DNA of 62,580 bases, filler included, from Candidatus Fermentibacterota bacterium (GCA_016928395.1; 8 parts of 8 records of this genome joined end to end with filler, not necessarily neighbours in it), one strand, 5' to 3'. Positions 9,442 to 20,101 are shown, counted from the first letter of the whole stretch. Translations and numbers: made by a program. The notes: generated by a model from the sequence alone, not told the origin.

Positions 9442-11010
9442 ATGCTGCCCTACATCGCCGCGGGTTTCGGGTTCGGCCTGCTGCTCTATCCCTGGTTCAG
9501 CCCCGCCCAGGGGATCCTCACCCTGTCCCAGGAGATAGCGAGGCAATTCGTACTTCTGCTTATAACTCTCTTCATCGCCGCCAACGTGAAGGAGATGCCG
9601 AAGCAGAAACGCCTCCCGCTGTGGGTCGCGCCGCTGGTGGTTGTGGCACTGGCAGTGCTGCTTCGGCACACGGTGCTGGCCCACCTGCCCTTTGTTCCCG
9701 GCGATGAAGACGAATACCTCTTCCAGGCCCGCATCTTCGCCCGGGGCCGCATCAGTGCGCCCGCGCCGCCCGGGGCCGCCAGCTTCTGGGCGCCGGGTCT
9801 TTTGATCCACAAAGGGCGATGGTTCGGCCACCACCAGCCGGGGCACAGCCTGCTGTTGGCCGCAGGCGTGCTCTTGGGCGCACCAGGCCTCGTTCCGGCT
9901 CTCTCCTCAGGCCTCACCGTGCTGCTGCTGTCACTGACAGCCCAAAAGATCGGCGGCCGCGACGCGGGGATCCTGACCGGGCTGCTGGCCCTGAGTAGCC
10001 CGATGCTGCTCATGACCGGCGCGACGCTGGTAAGCGAGACCACGTCGTTGCTCCTGGTAGTTGCGGTGATATGGCTGCTCATCGCGCAACCATGCGGTGA
10101 CCGGCGGTCGCCCCTATGGGCGGGCCTTGTCCTGGGTGCGCTGCTCAATGTACGGATCATCACCGGTATGGGCGCTCTCCTGGCCGCGCTGCTGCTGGTG
10201 GGCCGTGGGTACCGGCGGCTGATACCGGGGATTGCCGTGGGCCTGGCGGCACTGGTCCTCCACAATACGATGACCACGGGCGCCCCTCTGATGCTGCCGT
10301 TTCAGCTCTATGAGCCACAAGCCATGGGCTTCAAGGGGAACTTCGGGCCGGCCAAGGCGGTGGCCCATCTGGTGCGCAACGTGATCTTACTCAACTTCTG
10401 GCTTCTGGGCTGGCCCCTGTCATTGATCTTGGTACGTCGGGGGTGCAGAGAGAGAGGCCGAGTCGCATGGGCAGGGGTGGTCTTCGTCGCATGGATCGCT
10501 TTGGCCACAGCGTTTTACTGGCACCCCGGCCAGGTCGCCACGGGGCCGCTGCGGTTCCATGAGACGCTGGCCTTTCTCCTTCTCTTTTCAGGCCTCGGCT
10601 GGCATCACGTTGCGGCGTCAGGATCCTTTCTGGCCCGCTACGTTCCCATTGCCATGGCAGCGGCGCATCTTGGGTTCATGCCGGTACGCCAGGCGGTCCT
10701 TGAGACTTTCATCACCAGGGTGCACGAACCGCGACAGGCCTTAGCTCAACTTGTGCTGGATGAGCATGTTGTCGTGCTCGCCGGCGCCGGCGATCTCTTC
10801 CACTATCCGGTGAACGATCCCTGGCTCAGGGCTCAGAGTCAGCCGGTCTTCATGAGGGGTGGCCCCCACTTGGAAGATGCGCCCTTCCGAAACCGCTCTC
10901 ACCTTTGGCTTACACAGCGGTGCGATTCCACCGGCTGCCCGTGGAGGCTAACCGCGGCGCCGCCCGTCCCGGCGCCATCGGTGCCATTGCGGCATGTCCT
11001 GGTGCAGTAA
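9442..11010 (+). CDS. GT-C fold membrane glycosyltransferase (ArnT/PMT-like)
   Basis: Many TM segments; GDEDEYLFQARIFARG acidic loop after an early TM helix. Confidence 0.7.
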   Translation: MLPYIAAGFGFGLLLYPWFSPAQGILTLSQEIARQFVLLLITLFIAANVKEMPKQKRLPLWVAPLVVVALAVLLRHTVLAHLPFVPGDEDEYLFQARIFARGRISAPAPPGAASFWAPGLLIHKGRWFGHHQPGHSLLLAAGVLLGAPGLVPALSSGLTVLLLSLTAQKIGGRDAGILTGLLALSSPMLLMTGATLVSETTSLLLVVAVIWLLIAQPCGDRRSPLWAGLVLGALLNVRIITGMGALLAALLLVGRGYRRLIPGIAVGLAALVLHNTMTTGAPLMLPFQLYEPQAMGFKGNFGPAKAVAHLVRNVILLNFWLLGWPLSLILVRRGCRERGRVAWAGVVFVAWIALATAFYWHPGQVATGPLRFHETLAFLLLFSGLGWHHVAASGSFLARYVPIAMAAAHLGFMPVRQAVLETFITRVHEPRQALAQLVLDEHVVVLAGAGDLFHYPVNDPWLRAQSQPVFMRGGPHLEDAPFRNRSHLWLTQRCDSTGCPWRLTAAPPVPAPSVPLRHVLVQ

Positions 11011-11141
11011 GGCCATGATGCGTCCGAACGCCGGGCCGTGGAGTGTTTCGCCCCGCCCAACCGCCCGGGACCTTGTCTATTCCCTCGCATGTCAACGACC
11101 CCTCATCTCGTGTCGGTGAATGCCTCAGAAAGGATGCGCCC

Positions 11142-14100
11142 ATGAGTGCCTCTTCCCGTGTGCTGCTTCGAGTCGTGTGTGTCGCAGGCATCTGTGCTGC
11201 AGCCGGATGGTGCGGGGAGACCGCAGTCTCTTCCTTCCCATTGCCCGGCGGCGGGGCCGGCGTCAGAGTCGCCCATCGGCACGAAGAGGGCGTGGCCGTC
11301 GCCTTGTCCTTCCCCCGGATCGACTGGCAGGATGTCCAAACCCCGCGCGGCACCATGGCGCTCATCGGCATGCCCGGTCTGAGCCACACGACCCGGATTG
11401 GTTTCCCGAAGCTCCCCGCGAGCCGGCGGATCATTGCCGTACCCTTTGGCGCCACCGTCGAGGTGGAGGCGACCGCTGCCGATACGCGGGAGTTCATGCT
11501 GGCCGACATGGGAATTCAGTATCCGCTGGCGCCGGCACAGCCGCCGATGCCCAAGAACCGATCGCCGGGCGATATGCCATTCTTGTTCGACACGGGAGCC
11601 TACGGCGCGGGCGGATTCGGGGAGAGCCCCCTCGCCTCGGCCCATGAGCTGGGGATTCTCCGTGGCCTCCGCCTGTTTTTGCTTGTCGTGGAGCCGGTGC
11701 GGTATGATCCGGTCGAACGAAAGATCATGGTCTACAATGACATCAAAGTCGAGGTGAGGTTCAACGGAGGGGATCGCCTCGAGACCCAGAGCCGCAGAGC
11801 CGCCTCATGGTCGCCATACTTCGAGGCCCACTACCGGCGCAACGTGCTCAACTACGAACCGCCGGCTCTTCTCTCGGATCTGACCCGCTATCCCGTGAAG
11901 TATGCCATCGTGGCCCATCCCCTTTTCCAGGCCCAGCTCCAGCCCTTCATCCAGTGGAAGACAATGAAGGGATTCGAGGTGGTGGTCGCCTATGTCGGCG
12001 ATCCCGATGTGGGAACGACCCCCGCCTCCATCAAGAACTACCTTCAGGGCCTGTATGATGGGGCAACCCCGACGAGCCCCGCGCCCAGTTTCGTGCTCCT
12101 GGTCGGAGATGTGGCCCAGGTGCCGCCTTGGCAGGGTACCACCGGCCAGCATGTCACCGATCTACCCTACGTGACTCTGGAGGGCGCCGACTACGTGCCG
12201 GATGTCTATGTCGGGCGTTTCTCGGCCAACACCTCCGACGAGCTGCAGCCCCAGATCGACAAGACCCTGGAGTATGAGCGATTCCAGATGGAGGATGCTG
12301 CGTTCCTGGGCGAGACGGTGATGATTGCCGGCATGGATCCGAACTTCGCGAATATCTGGGCCAATGGGCAGATCAATTACGGCACGACCTACTACTTCAA
12401 CGAGGATCACGGTATCCTCTCCCACACCTATCTGTACCCGGCCTCAGGGAGCCAGGCTGCCAGCATCATCGCGGATATCTCCCGCGGCGTCGGCTATGCG
12501 AACTACACCGCCCACGGCTCCGACCAGGGGTGGGGGAACCCCGCATTCGACGTCGGCGATATCAACGGTCTTCAGAACGCCCATCGGTATCCGACAGTAG
12601 TGGGCAACTGCTGCGAGACCAGCAGATTCGAGGTGCAGACCTGTTTCGCGGAAGCATGGCTCCGCGCCGAGGCCAAAGGCGCGGTCGGCTACATCGGCGC
12701 CAGTAACAGCTCGTTGTGGGACGAGGACTTCTGGTGGGGTGTGGGCGCCGGCACCGCGACGCAGCACCCAACCTATGAGGGCACCGGCCCCGGCGCGTAT
12801 GACGGCATGTTCCATGACCACGGCGAGCCGTTTCCCGACTGGTTCACCACGCAGTATGCCTTCATCATGGCCGGGTGCCTGGCGGTGGTGGAAGCCGGGA
12901 GCCAGGCTGCCGCGTACTACTGGGAGATCTACTCCCTGATGGGCGATCCCTCCCTGAGCACATACTTCGGAGTTCCATCGGCCAATCCCGTCGGCCATCC
13001 GTCCCAGCTTACCATCGGTGACATGGCCATGGAGGTGTTCGCCGAGCCCTGGTCATACGCGGCGCTGAGCCGCGAGGGGGCACTGCTGGCCTCGGCTCTC
13101 GTCGGCGAGAGCGGATCCGCGACCATGACCTTCCCGGCCCTGGCCTTGACAAGGGATCTGGACTTGGTGGTCACGCGCCAGAACCGGATACCCGCCTCTT
13201 CCCGCATCCAGGTGGCGCCAGGTGAGGGTCCCTGGCTCGTCATCTCCGGGGTGCAGATTGACGATACCCAGGGCGGCAATGGCGATGGCCAGGCCGACTT
13301 CGGCGAGGATCTTCTCCTGGCCCTTACCCTGCGCAACAGCGGCACCGAAGGCGCCCACGGCGTCGAGGCACTCCTCTGGACCATGGATCCCCATGTTGCC
13401 ATTGGTGACTCCCTGGAGTTCTACGGCGACATCCTTCCGGGGCAGGAGGTAACGCTCCCCGGGGCGTTCCTCCTGTCCGTCGCGCCCGAGGTCCCCGACA
13501 ACCGGGAACTCCGCATGGAGCTTGCGCTGAGTGATTCCGCCGGTCGAACCTGGCAGGACTACTTCGTCCTGACGGCCCATGCGCCGGTGATCCAGATCAC
13601 GGGCATCGAGGTGAACGACTCCGTGGGCAATGCCGACGGAGTCCTGGATCCCGGAGAAGGGGCCGATATCGAGATCACCATCGGTAACGATGGCGGCGCC
13701 GGGATTCTGGATGTGGTCGCAGTGCTCGTTTCGCTGGATCCGGCGGTCGCAGTCGGCGAGAGCCTTCAGACTACCGCTACCCTCTCACCCGGTGCGGAGT
13801 TCAGGGCCGTCTATCCCGTGACGGCGTCTCCCACCACTCTGCCCGGACACAGCGCCCGATTCCTGCTCCACATCACGGGAACCGATTATGCCGCCTGCGA
13901 TTCCTTCACCATCATGGTGGGCAGAGTCATCGAAGACTTCGAGACCGGAGATTTCTCCCTCTTTCCGTGGGTCATGGATGGCCATCAGCCATGGCGCATC
14001 ACGTCGGAGAATGCCGCCCAGGGGTCGTATGGCGCCGTGTCCGGCGCCATCGGCAACTCCCAGCGCTCGGGCATGATGGTCAGCCTCACCGTGGCGGAGC

Positions 14101-15608
14101 CGGGGGTCGTGTCGTTCCACTATCGGGTTTCCTCCGAGGCCTCCTACGACTTCCTCAGGTTCTACGTCGACGGCCAGCAGAAGCTGGCGGCCTCAGGCAA
14201 TGTCCCGTGGACCGTGGCCAGCATCGCCGTGGCGCCGGGAAGCCACAGCTTCAAGTGGAGCTACGAGAAGGACCAGTCAGTCAACCAGGGGCAGGACCGT
14301 GCCTGGGTCGACTACATCGTGTTTCCGGCTCTGGCTGATTCGTCGGTCTTTCCCGAGATCGAGGTATCGCCTTCTGGGTTCGACATCACCCTCTCTGCCG
14401 GGCAGTCGGTTGATGGACAACTCTTCGTCTCCAATCTCGGTACGGCAGATCTGATCTATGCGGTGCATGTCGCCGCCGCCGGCGGCCTGGCGATACGGTT
14501 TCCCACAAAGGCGGCCAAGGGCGCACCACGCCCGCTTGCCACATGCCCGCCACCCAAGGGGCAGGGTGGCCCGGATGGCCACGGCTACCGCTGGACCGAC
14601 AGCGACAGCGGCGAGGTGTTCTTCGAGTGGATTGACATCGGCGGATCCGGAACCTGCCCGGGCACGGACGATGACGGCAACTTCGGCCCCTTCGATCTGG
14701 GATTCCCGTTCTTGTTCTACGGCGCGGAGCGCACGGCTGTTCGGATCTGCTCAAATGGCTGGCTGTCGTTTACCTCGGAGGCGACCTCCTTCGCCCATGA
14801 GGATATCCCGTGTCCGGGTGAACCCAACAGCCTCATCGCACCCCTGTGGACCGACCTCGATCCGAGCAGCGGCGGCACCATCCGGTATCTCAGCGATCCC
14901 GGAGCCGGGCGTTTCATCGTGCAGTGGGATCAGGTGCCGTCCTACAGCGACACGCCCGATTCCTCATCCTATACATTCCAGGCCGTGCTGCACGCGGACG
15001 GCCAGATCCGCTACCACTACCTGAGGCTTGTTGGATCCGTGGAATTGTGCACCGTGGGCACGGAAGACTCCTCGGGCATGGACGGGCTGCGGATCGCGTA
15101 CAACCAGCCCTACCTCCACGATTCCCTGGCAGTGCTCATCGAGCCGGGCGAACCGTGGCTTCGCGTGGAACCCACCGCTGGCGTGATCGCTCCGGACAGC
15201 ACGAACGCCCTTGTGGTGACGTTCACCGGCGCGGGGCTCGCCGGGGGTTTCTACGAAGGCACGATCACGGTGCTCTCGAACGATCCAGACGAGTCGTCGG
15301 TGGCCATCCCCGTGGCACTTCGCATTGACCCCGCGGCGGCCGGCGAGGCTCGGGCACTCCCAATTCGCCTGTCGCTGGAGGCGGCGCCCAACCCGTTCCG
15401 GGGGTCGTGTCGATTCTTCGGTCAGGGTTTCGTCTCGCCGGACGCAGTGAGGATCTACGATATCCGGGGAGATTTGATCTGGCAGTGGGACGAGGGTACA
15501 AAGCCGGTGAGGTGGACTCCTGAAGCATCGGTGGGAAGCGGCGTGTTCGTCGTGCGCGCTTCCTTCGGCGAGCATGTCGATTCCAAGCGAATCGTGTACC
15601 TGAGGTAG
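11142..15608 (+). CDS. Gingipain-like C25 cysteine peptidase (propeptide, Kgp-like catalytic domain, Ig-like repeats, C-terminal sorting domain)
   Basis: LVGD, DVYVGRFSA, YANYTAHGS (catalytic His), GNCCETS (catalytic Cys), YWEIYSLMGDPS; C-terminal PNPF..IYDIRG..SGVFVVR. Confidence 0.9.
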   Translation: MSASSRVLLRVVCVAGICAAAGWCGETAVSSFPLPGGGAGVRVAHRHEEGVAVALSFPRIDWQDVQTPRGTMALIGMPGLSHTTRIGFPKLPASRRIIAVPFGATVEVEATAADTREFMLADMGIQYPLAPAQPPMPKNRSPGDMPFLFDTGAYGAGGFGESPLASAHELGILRGLRLFLLVVEPVRYDPVERKIMVYNDIKVEVRFNGGDRLETQSRRAASWSPYFEAHYRRNVLNYEPPALLSDLTRYPVKYAIVAHPLFQAQLQPFIQWKTMKGFEVVVAYVGDPDVGTTPASIKNYLQGLYDGATPTSPAPSFVLLVGDVAQVPPWQGTTGQHVTDLPYVTLEGADYVPDVYVGRFSANTSDELQPQIDKTLEYERFQMEDAAFLGETVMIAGMDPNFANIWANGQINYGTTYYFNEDHGILSHTYLYPASGSQAASIIADISRGVGYANYTAHGSDQGWGNPAFDVGDINGLQNAHRYPTVVGNCCETSRFEVQTCFAEAWLRAEAKGAVGYIGASNSSLWDEDFWWGVGAGTATQHPTYEGTGPGAYDGMFHDHGEPFPDWFTTQYAFIMAGCLAVVEAGSQAAAYYWEIYSLMGDPSLSTYFGVPSANPVGHPSQLTIGDMAMEVFAEPWSYAALSREGALLASALVGESGSATMTFPALALTRDLDLVVTRQNRIPASSRIQVAPGEGPWLVISGVQIDDTQGGNGDGQADFGEDLLLALTLRNSGTEGAHGVEALLWTMDPHVAIGDSLEFYGDILPGQEVTLPGAFLLSVAPEVPDNRELRMELALSDSAGRTWQDYFVLTAHAPVIQITGIEVNDSVGNADGVLDPGEGADIEITIGNDGGAGILDVVAVLVSLDPAVAVGESLQTTATLSPGAEFRAVYPVTASPTTLPGHSARFLLHITGTDYAACDSFTIMVGRVIEDFETGDFSLFPWVMDGHQPWRITSENAAQGSYGAVSGAIGNSQRSGMMVSLTVAEPGVVSFHYRVSSEASYDFLRFYVDGQQKLAASGNVPWTVASIAVAPGSHSFKWSYEKDQSVNQGQDRAWVDYIVFPALADSSVFPEIEVSPSGFDITLSAGQSVDGQLFVSNLGTADLIYAVHVAAAGGLAIRFPTKAAKGAPRPLATCPPPKGQGGPDGHGYRWTDSDSGEVFFEWIDIGGSGTCPGTDDDGNFGPFDLGFPFLFYGAERTAVRICSNGWLSFTSEATSFAHEDIPCPGEPNSLIAPLWTDLDPSSGGTIRYLSDPGAGRFIVQWDQVPSYSDTPDSSSYTFQAVLHADGQIRYHYLRLVGSVELCTVGTEDSSGMDGLRIAYNQPYLHDSLAVLIEPGEPWLRVEPTAGVIAPDSTNALVVTFTGAGLAGGFYEGTITVLSNDPDESSVAIPVALRIDPAAAGEARALPIRLSLEAAPNPFRGSCRFFGQGFVSPDAVRIYDIRGDLIWQWDEGTKPVRWTPEASVGSGVFVVRASFGEHVDSKRIVYLR

Positions 15609-15737
15609 GTGTCGGCCGTCATCCGAGCGCGGTCGCGCCGGTTCTGACGGCAGGATACCATCGGCAGGAACGGTAGGGGGCTTCGAACTCCGCAATCGGC
15701 GCGAGGAAACCTGCGACTGGCGCCCCGAGACGGGCAC

Positions 15738-15761
15738 GGGCGCCGGCCTGAGCCGGCGTCC
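15738..15761. terminator. GC hairpin between convergent genes
   Basis: GGGCGCCGGC-CTGA-GCCGGCGTCC. Confidence 0.45.
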
Positions 15762-15780
15762 GCAGGGTTCGGTTTCGCCC

Positions 15781-16161
15781 TTACTCGCAGAAGACTTTCA
15801 CGATGTCGCCATCGTGGGAGTCGACATTGACTTCCAGCTCCTGCAAGGCTTCGATCAGCTCCTCGGTATCCATGGATGAAAGGGTGCTCAGATCGATCCC
15901 CTTCTCCTCCATATGCTCCCGGGCCTCCCGGGGCACCAAGGCGCTGAACTTCATCCCGGCCCGGACCAAGGCCAGCGGCACCCGGATATTGACCTTATCA
16001 CCCTCCGAGCTGTCTACCGTGACGCGCAGGTACCGCGGCGCCTTCCGAACAACCGGGGCAGGAGCTTCCTTGCCCACCGCGTCGAACAGGCGCTCGGCCT
16101 CTTCGGGGGTCGCCTTGCCTTCGGCCACCAGCTTCAAGATGCGGATCCTCTCCTCACTCAT
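15781..16161 (-). CDS. SHOCT-like/YvlB-LiaX N-terminal domain protein (DUF2089-associated)
   Basis: MSEERIRILKLVAEGKATPEEAERL; KVNIRVPLALV. Confidence 0.8.
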   Translation of the reverse strand: MSEERIRILKLVAEGKATPEEAERLFDAVGKEAPAPVVRKAPRYLRVTVDSSEGDKVNIRVPLALVRAGMKFSALVPREAREHMEEKGIDLSTLSSMDTEELIEALQELEVNVDSHDGDIVKVFCE

Positions 16162-16194
16162 GGGACTACTCCTTTCTCGCCGGAGGTTCTCACC

Positions 16195-16449
16195 TCACAC
16201 AACGATGACGCGAATCGCCGGCCCATCGGCCGGGTCGACCGCAATACGGGTACCATTCATGGCGGCGCACACTCTGGGCACCGCACCCATCGCCGCCAGG
16301 ATCGACCGGGCGCTGCTTTCGTCACGGAGCAGATAGCGCACCAGCGATGCCAGCCAGAGCACGGCTAAGAGGGGCCAGAACAACAGAAACGGAATCGGGA
16401 TCCAGGCCCATTTGCCTATCCGCAGGATAACCAGAGCCGGCCAGATCAT
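16195..16449 (-). CDS. Small membrane protein
   Basis: MIWPALVILRI..WIPIPFLLFWPLL; ATGA overlap with DUF2089. Confidence 0.7.
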   Translation of the reverse strand: MIWPALVILRIGKWAWIPIPFLLFWPLLAVLWLASLVRYLLRDESSARSILAAMGAVPRVCAAMNGTRIAVDPADGPAIRVIVV

Positions 16450-16796
16450 GACAGCAGATCCAATGCCTGACCTGCGTCGATCTCGCCCCGTTCGACGCGG
16501 GCGAGCACATCGTCCACGTGCGGCTTTCGCGCAGACGGCCTGTCCAGCTTCTCCAGCAGCACGGCGAGTCTGTTCTTCATCGTCGGGTAGGAGATCCCGA
16601 ACATCTCCCCAGTCTTGGTCAGGTTGCCGCCGCTGAATAGAAAGGCCAGCACGAACTGCTGATCGTCCCGCGAGAGCCTGCCCAGCGGCGAGACCTCCAA
16701 GGCGCCTTCTACCGTGATGCCGCAGTCCGCGCATACCGCGCGGGTGAGGCGCATTCCCTTGCCGCACGATGGGCATCTAAGGTCAGACACGTTCAT
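16446..16796 (-). CDS. DUF2089 zinc-ribbon/HTH protein
   Basis: CPSCG..C.DCG..EG; GNL..GISYPTMKNRL. Confidence 0.88.
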   Translation of the reverse strand: MNVSDLRCPSCGKGMRLTRAVCADCGITVEGALEVSPLGRLSRDDQQFVLAFLFSGGNLTKTGEMFGISYPTMKNRLAVLLEKLDRPSARKPHVDDVLARVERGEIDAGQALDLLS

Positions 16797-17122
16797 TTCC
16801 ACCTCCTGACCGGTCCTCTGACCCGGAAAACACGATTCACGAAGGAAATATACACCAGGAATCAGTTTTCCGCAAGTGGATTTCTTATTTCCGAAAATTG
16901 CAGGGGTTTCAAGATTCGTTTTCGTATTAGGAATCGGTGTTTTCTGATGGGCAAGGCGGCGATGCGATGCCACTATTCTAAAATTAGAATAGCTCGGACA
17001 AGACCGGAGTCAGCCCGGGCGAGGTGAGAATCGGCAGTCTCGCCTGAACCTGGCGGCATCCGTACACGCAACCGGGGCAGAATCCCACTGGATCCTGCCC
17101 CGGGAGGCAAATGCCCGATACG

Positions 17123-17689
17123 CTAGACGATCGAGCCGCTGTGGCGCGCTTTGATGGATTTGACGACCAGATAGACACCCAACGCGATGGGCGCCACGGG
17201 CCACCACTCCTCGAGCCAGACCAGCGACACGTCGAACTTGAGATTCAGCAGCAAGAGGAGCCCGACGATGATGAGTACGACGCCCCCGAAGAGCGAACCG
17301 CCGGTCTCCGGCAGCTTGATCGGTGCTCCGATATCCAGCTCTTCGCCCCGCTCCATCGCGCGGTTGAGCATCTTTGCCAGGCGGTGGGCATCTATCATGT
17401 TGTAAATCCAGAAAAACGAGAGCGAAAACCCGAAGAGCGCCTCAAGGCTGCCCACGCCCGCATTGAGAATGGTGATCAGGAGTGCCACGATTCCCATGTA
17501 GGCAAAACCGTGGCGATAGAAGCCGAGATACACCTGGCCCATGCCGGGCATGAGAGACAGAAGCGCCGCAAGGCCGGGAGATTTCCTGACCACCTCGCGA
17601 ACCGGGCGCCGCGGGGGCAGGGGATCCGCCCCGGGAGCCTGAGCCTTGGGGGGAAGCGGGTAGTCCTGAGTCGTGTCATTGGTGTTCAT
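17123..17689 (-). CDS. LiaF/DUF5668-like membrane protein
   Basis: KSPGLAALLSLMPGMGQVYLG; GGVVLIIVGLLLLL..WWPVAPIALGV. Confidence 0.7.
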   Translation of the reverse strand: MNTNDTTQDYPLPPKAQAPGADPLPPRRPVREVVRKSPGLAALLSLMPGMGQVYLGFYRHGFAYMGIVALLITILNAGVGSLEALFGFSLSFFWIYNMIDAHRLAKMLNRAMERGEELDIGAPIKLPETGGSLFGGVVLIIVGLLLLLNLKFDVSLVWLEEWWPVAPIALGVYLVVKSIKARHSGSIV

Positions 17690-17707
17690 TGCATCCTCCT
17701 TCTTGGA

Positions 17708-18694
17708 TTACGCAAGGGGTGTGATAGCAGGTCGATTCGATGGGATGGTACGGGCGTGATCGGCGACCTCGTCCGCTCCCGTACTGCGGACAGGGACGCC
17801 TCCATATCGAATCGCCTTCCAGAAAGACGCTATAGCGTTTCGCATGCCGCGGGCGTGGGCGCTGGCGGCGAGAAAATCGCCGTGGCGTACCGCCCCCACG
17901 AAACGCCCCGCGCCGCCCCAGAGGGAGCCGGCAGCCGTGGCCGTCACGTGGTACCGTAGCGACACCTTGTCAATCGTGAATTTCACAGGTTCTAGTATGC
18001 GCACCGCTGAAGCCGACCAGGCGGCGTCGGCATACTCGGCGATCTGTGCAGATGCCGCCTCCGCATAGGAGGCAGCCTGTCCCAGGCGAAGACCTGCGGT
18101 GCTCAGGAGAGCCTCGACGCCTCGGATCGGCGCCAGCGGGGATACCCCGACAACCACCAGCAGGGCCGCGCCCACATAGGCGGCCTGCAGCTCGAACAAG
18201 GGAACGGAGGTGAAGTGTTCCCACCACTCGCCCACACGGACCCACCACGCCTGCCTCCCCCGCGCTCGGGATGTCGCCTGAATCACGTCCGCGGCAAATG
18301 CGCGGTCTGGCATTGCCTCCGCCATGGCGGGCAGCAGAGGTACTATCCAGTTCAGGACGGCCTCCAAGGCGCGGCAGGAAGGGCAATGCTCAAGATGTCG
18401 GCGTACCATGGCATGGTGTTCCATGTCAAGATGTGCAACCTCACGGGACGCCAGCGTGCGTTCGACCACGCCACAGGCAGGGCCGCTGGTGCGGGCCAGC
18501 ACCGCCTCGGTCAGATCGGGCAAGGCCTCCGCGGGAGACTCGCCGTCACGCAGCGCCGCCAGCAGCGGAGCGCACTTCGTGCATGCATCGGCATGCCGCT
18601 GGAAGGCACGCTTCGATTCCGGCGCCAGTCGACCATCGAGATAGTCCGCCAACATGTCCAGCCAGACGCGGCAGCTCATCGTGTCGCGAGTCAT
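17708..18694 (-). CDS. Anti-sigma factor with two zf-HC2 motifs
   Basis: HADACTKC and HLEHCPSC, then a TM helix; directly downstream of the ECF sigma. Confidence 0.8.
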   Translation of the reverse strand: MTRDTMSCRVWLDMLADYLDGRLAPESKRAFQRHADACTKCAPLLAALRDGESPAEALPDLTEAVLARTSGPACGVVERTLASREVAHLDMEHHAMVRRHLEHCPSCRALEAVLNWIVPLLPAMAEAMPDRAFAADVIQATSRARGRQAWWVRVGEWWEHFTSVPLFELQAAYVGAALLVVVGVSPLAPIRGVEALLSTAGLRLGQAASYAEAASAQIAEYADAAWSASAVRILEPVKFTIDKVSLRYHVTATAAGSLWGGAGRFVGAVRHGDFLAASAHARGMRNAIASFWKAIRYGGVPVRSTGADEVADHARTIPSNRPAITPLA

Positions 18695-18701
18695 GACGCC
18701 G

Positions 18702-19268
18702 CTACTCCTGCAACTCTGGGCCGCCGCCCAGGGTGACGACGGCTTTCGCCAGTTCGATCCGGGCCCTGTTTGCCCGGGACTTTACTGTTCCCAGGGGCAC
18801 GCGGAGCATGGAGGCGATTTCCTCTTGCGGCATCCCCTGCATTTCCTTCAATACGATGATCTCCCGGTTGATGGCGCTCAGCATCCGTAACGCGCGATAG
18901 ATGAGCCGCTTGCGGGCGTTCAGCATGGCGCTCTGTTCGGGATCGGGCCCGTCGGCCGCGAGATGGATATCTTCATCGACGGGCACGTCGTGCGCTGGCG
19001 GCCGGGCCTTGACCCGCCGCAGGTGATCCACACATACCCCGCGCGTAATCCGAACCATCCACGGCAGGAACCGCTCGGGGTCTCGGCAGGTATGCAGTTT
19101 TCGGTAGATTCGCACGAACACCTCTTGCGCAAGATCCCGCGCTTCCTCAGTAGTGCCGACATAGCCGTAGGCGATACCGTAGATGCGGCCCTGATACGCA
19201 CGCACCAACGTTTCCCAGGCCAGCTCGTCGCCGGTTCGGCATCGCTGAAGCAGTTCGGGTAGATCCAT
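18702..19268 (-). CDS. ECF RNA polymerase sigma factor
   Basis: EARDLAQEVF (region 2); EIASMLRVPLGTVKSRANRAR (region 4). Confidence 0.92.
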   Translation of the reverse strand: MDLPELLQRCRTGDELAWETLVRAYQGRIYGIAYGYVGTTEEARDLAQEVFVRIYRKLHTCRDPERFLPWMVRITRGVCVDHLRRVKARPPAHDVPVDEDIHLAADGPDPEQSAMLNARKRLIYRALRMLSAINREIIVLKEMQGMPQEEIASMLRVPLGTVKSRANRARIELAKAVVTLGGGPELQE

Positions 19269-19589
19269 GGTTCGTCTCGCCTCGTGTGGACAGGATGTCC
19301 CGTTCATGGACTTCGTGGTCTCTGTACTCTAAGACGCAGGCATCTTTGAGTTGGTTCGGTGCGCAGGACTGCCGGAGTATGGAGATCATTTGTAGCATCG
19401 GCAAGGGGGTTGCTGGGCGGAGGTGGTTAACGCGAGGCATCACACGCCGCAGAGCCATGTGGCCTCGGTGGGAAAGGCTTCTGTGGAGGGCGTGAATGCA
19501 CGACATGAGTCATCAGTGGGGCCTCTGGATGCGAGAGCACCCAGGTTTTTCGAGGTTGAGAGTACGGCGGCAGCAGCGCCGGCTGCGCG

Positions 19590-19908
19590 GGCGGGCACAG
19601 AGTCTCGCCCCTACGGAGACGACGTCAATCCACCGTGTAGGGGCAAAGCTCTGACTCCGCCCGTCGTAGGGGCGACCGCCCATGGTCGCCCGCGGGGCCG
19701 GGGTGGGGTTCGCTCTCGCAATCGCTATCGGTATCGAGAGACGCGCTTCCGTGAACGAGTAAGTGAACGAATACGAGTACGGGCTCTGCATGTACTCTCA
19801 CACGAGTGGGGGCCCCGGGCCCGCCCGGACGATACATCTTGTAACTTCCGGTGCCGTGGCGTGGAGCTACAGGTTAGGGTTCAGGGTTCAGGGTTCGGGG
19901 TTCAGGCG
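19590..19908. repeat. Cluster of GTAG-type REP palindromes and short tandem repeats at contig end; related sequence at 9180-9345 and 59625-59748
   Basis: GTAGGGGCGACCGCCCATGGTCGCCC, CGCCCCTAC, (GAGTAC)n, (GGGTTCA)n. Confidence 0.65.
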
Positions 19909-20008
19909 NNNNNNNNNNNNNNNNNNNNNNNNNNNNNNNNNNNNNNNNNNNNTTAATTAATTAANNNNNNNNNNNNNNNNNNNNNNNNNNNNNNNNNNNN
20001 NNNNNNNN

Positions 20009-20101
20009 ATCCCGGGGATCATCAAGACGGAGACTTCGATTCTGATGAGCTACGAAAAGCGAGACTACTACTGGGGCACCGCTTCAGACGAAAACGGTTA
20101 G
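20009..20101 (+). CDS. Lrp/AsnC regulator C-terminus (partial)
   Basis: IPGIIKTETSILMSYEKRDYYW* resembles the end of the AsnC ligand-binding domain. Confidence 0.55.
   Translation: MPGIIKTETSILMSYEKRDYYWGTASDENG

Noticed and set aside
15706-15780. GGAAACCTG...GGTTTCGCCC resembling tRNA-Pyl ends
   Set aside because: No CUA anticodon arm or cloverleaf; better explained as a terminator-like hairpin region
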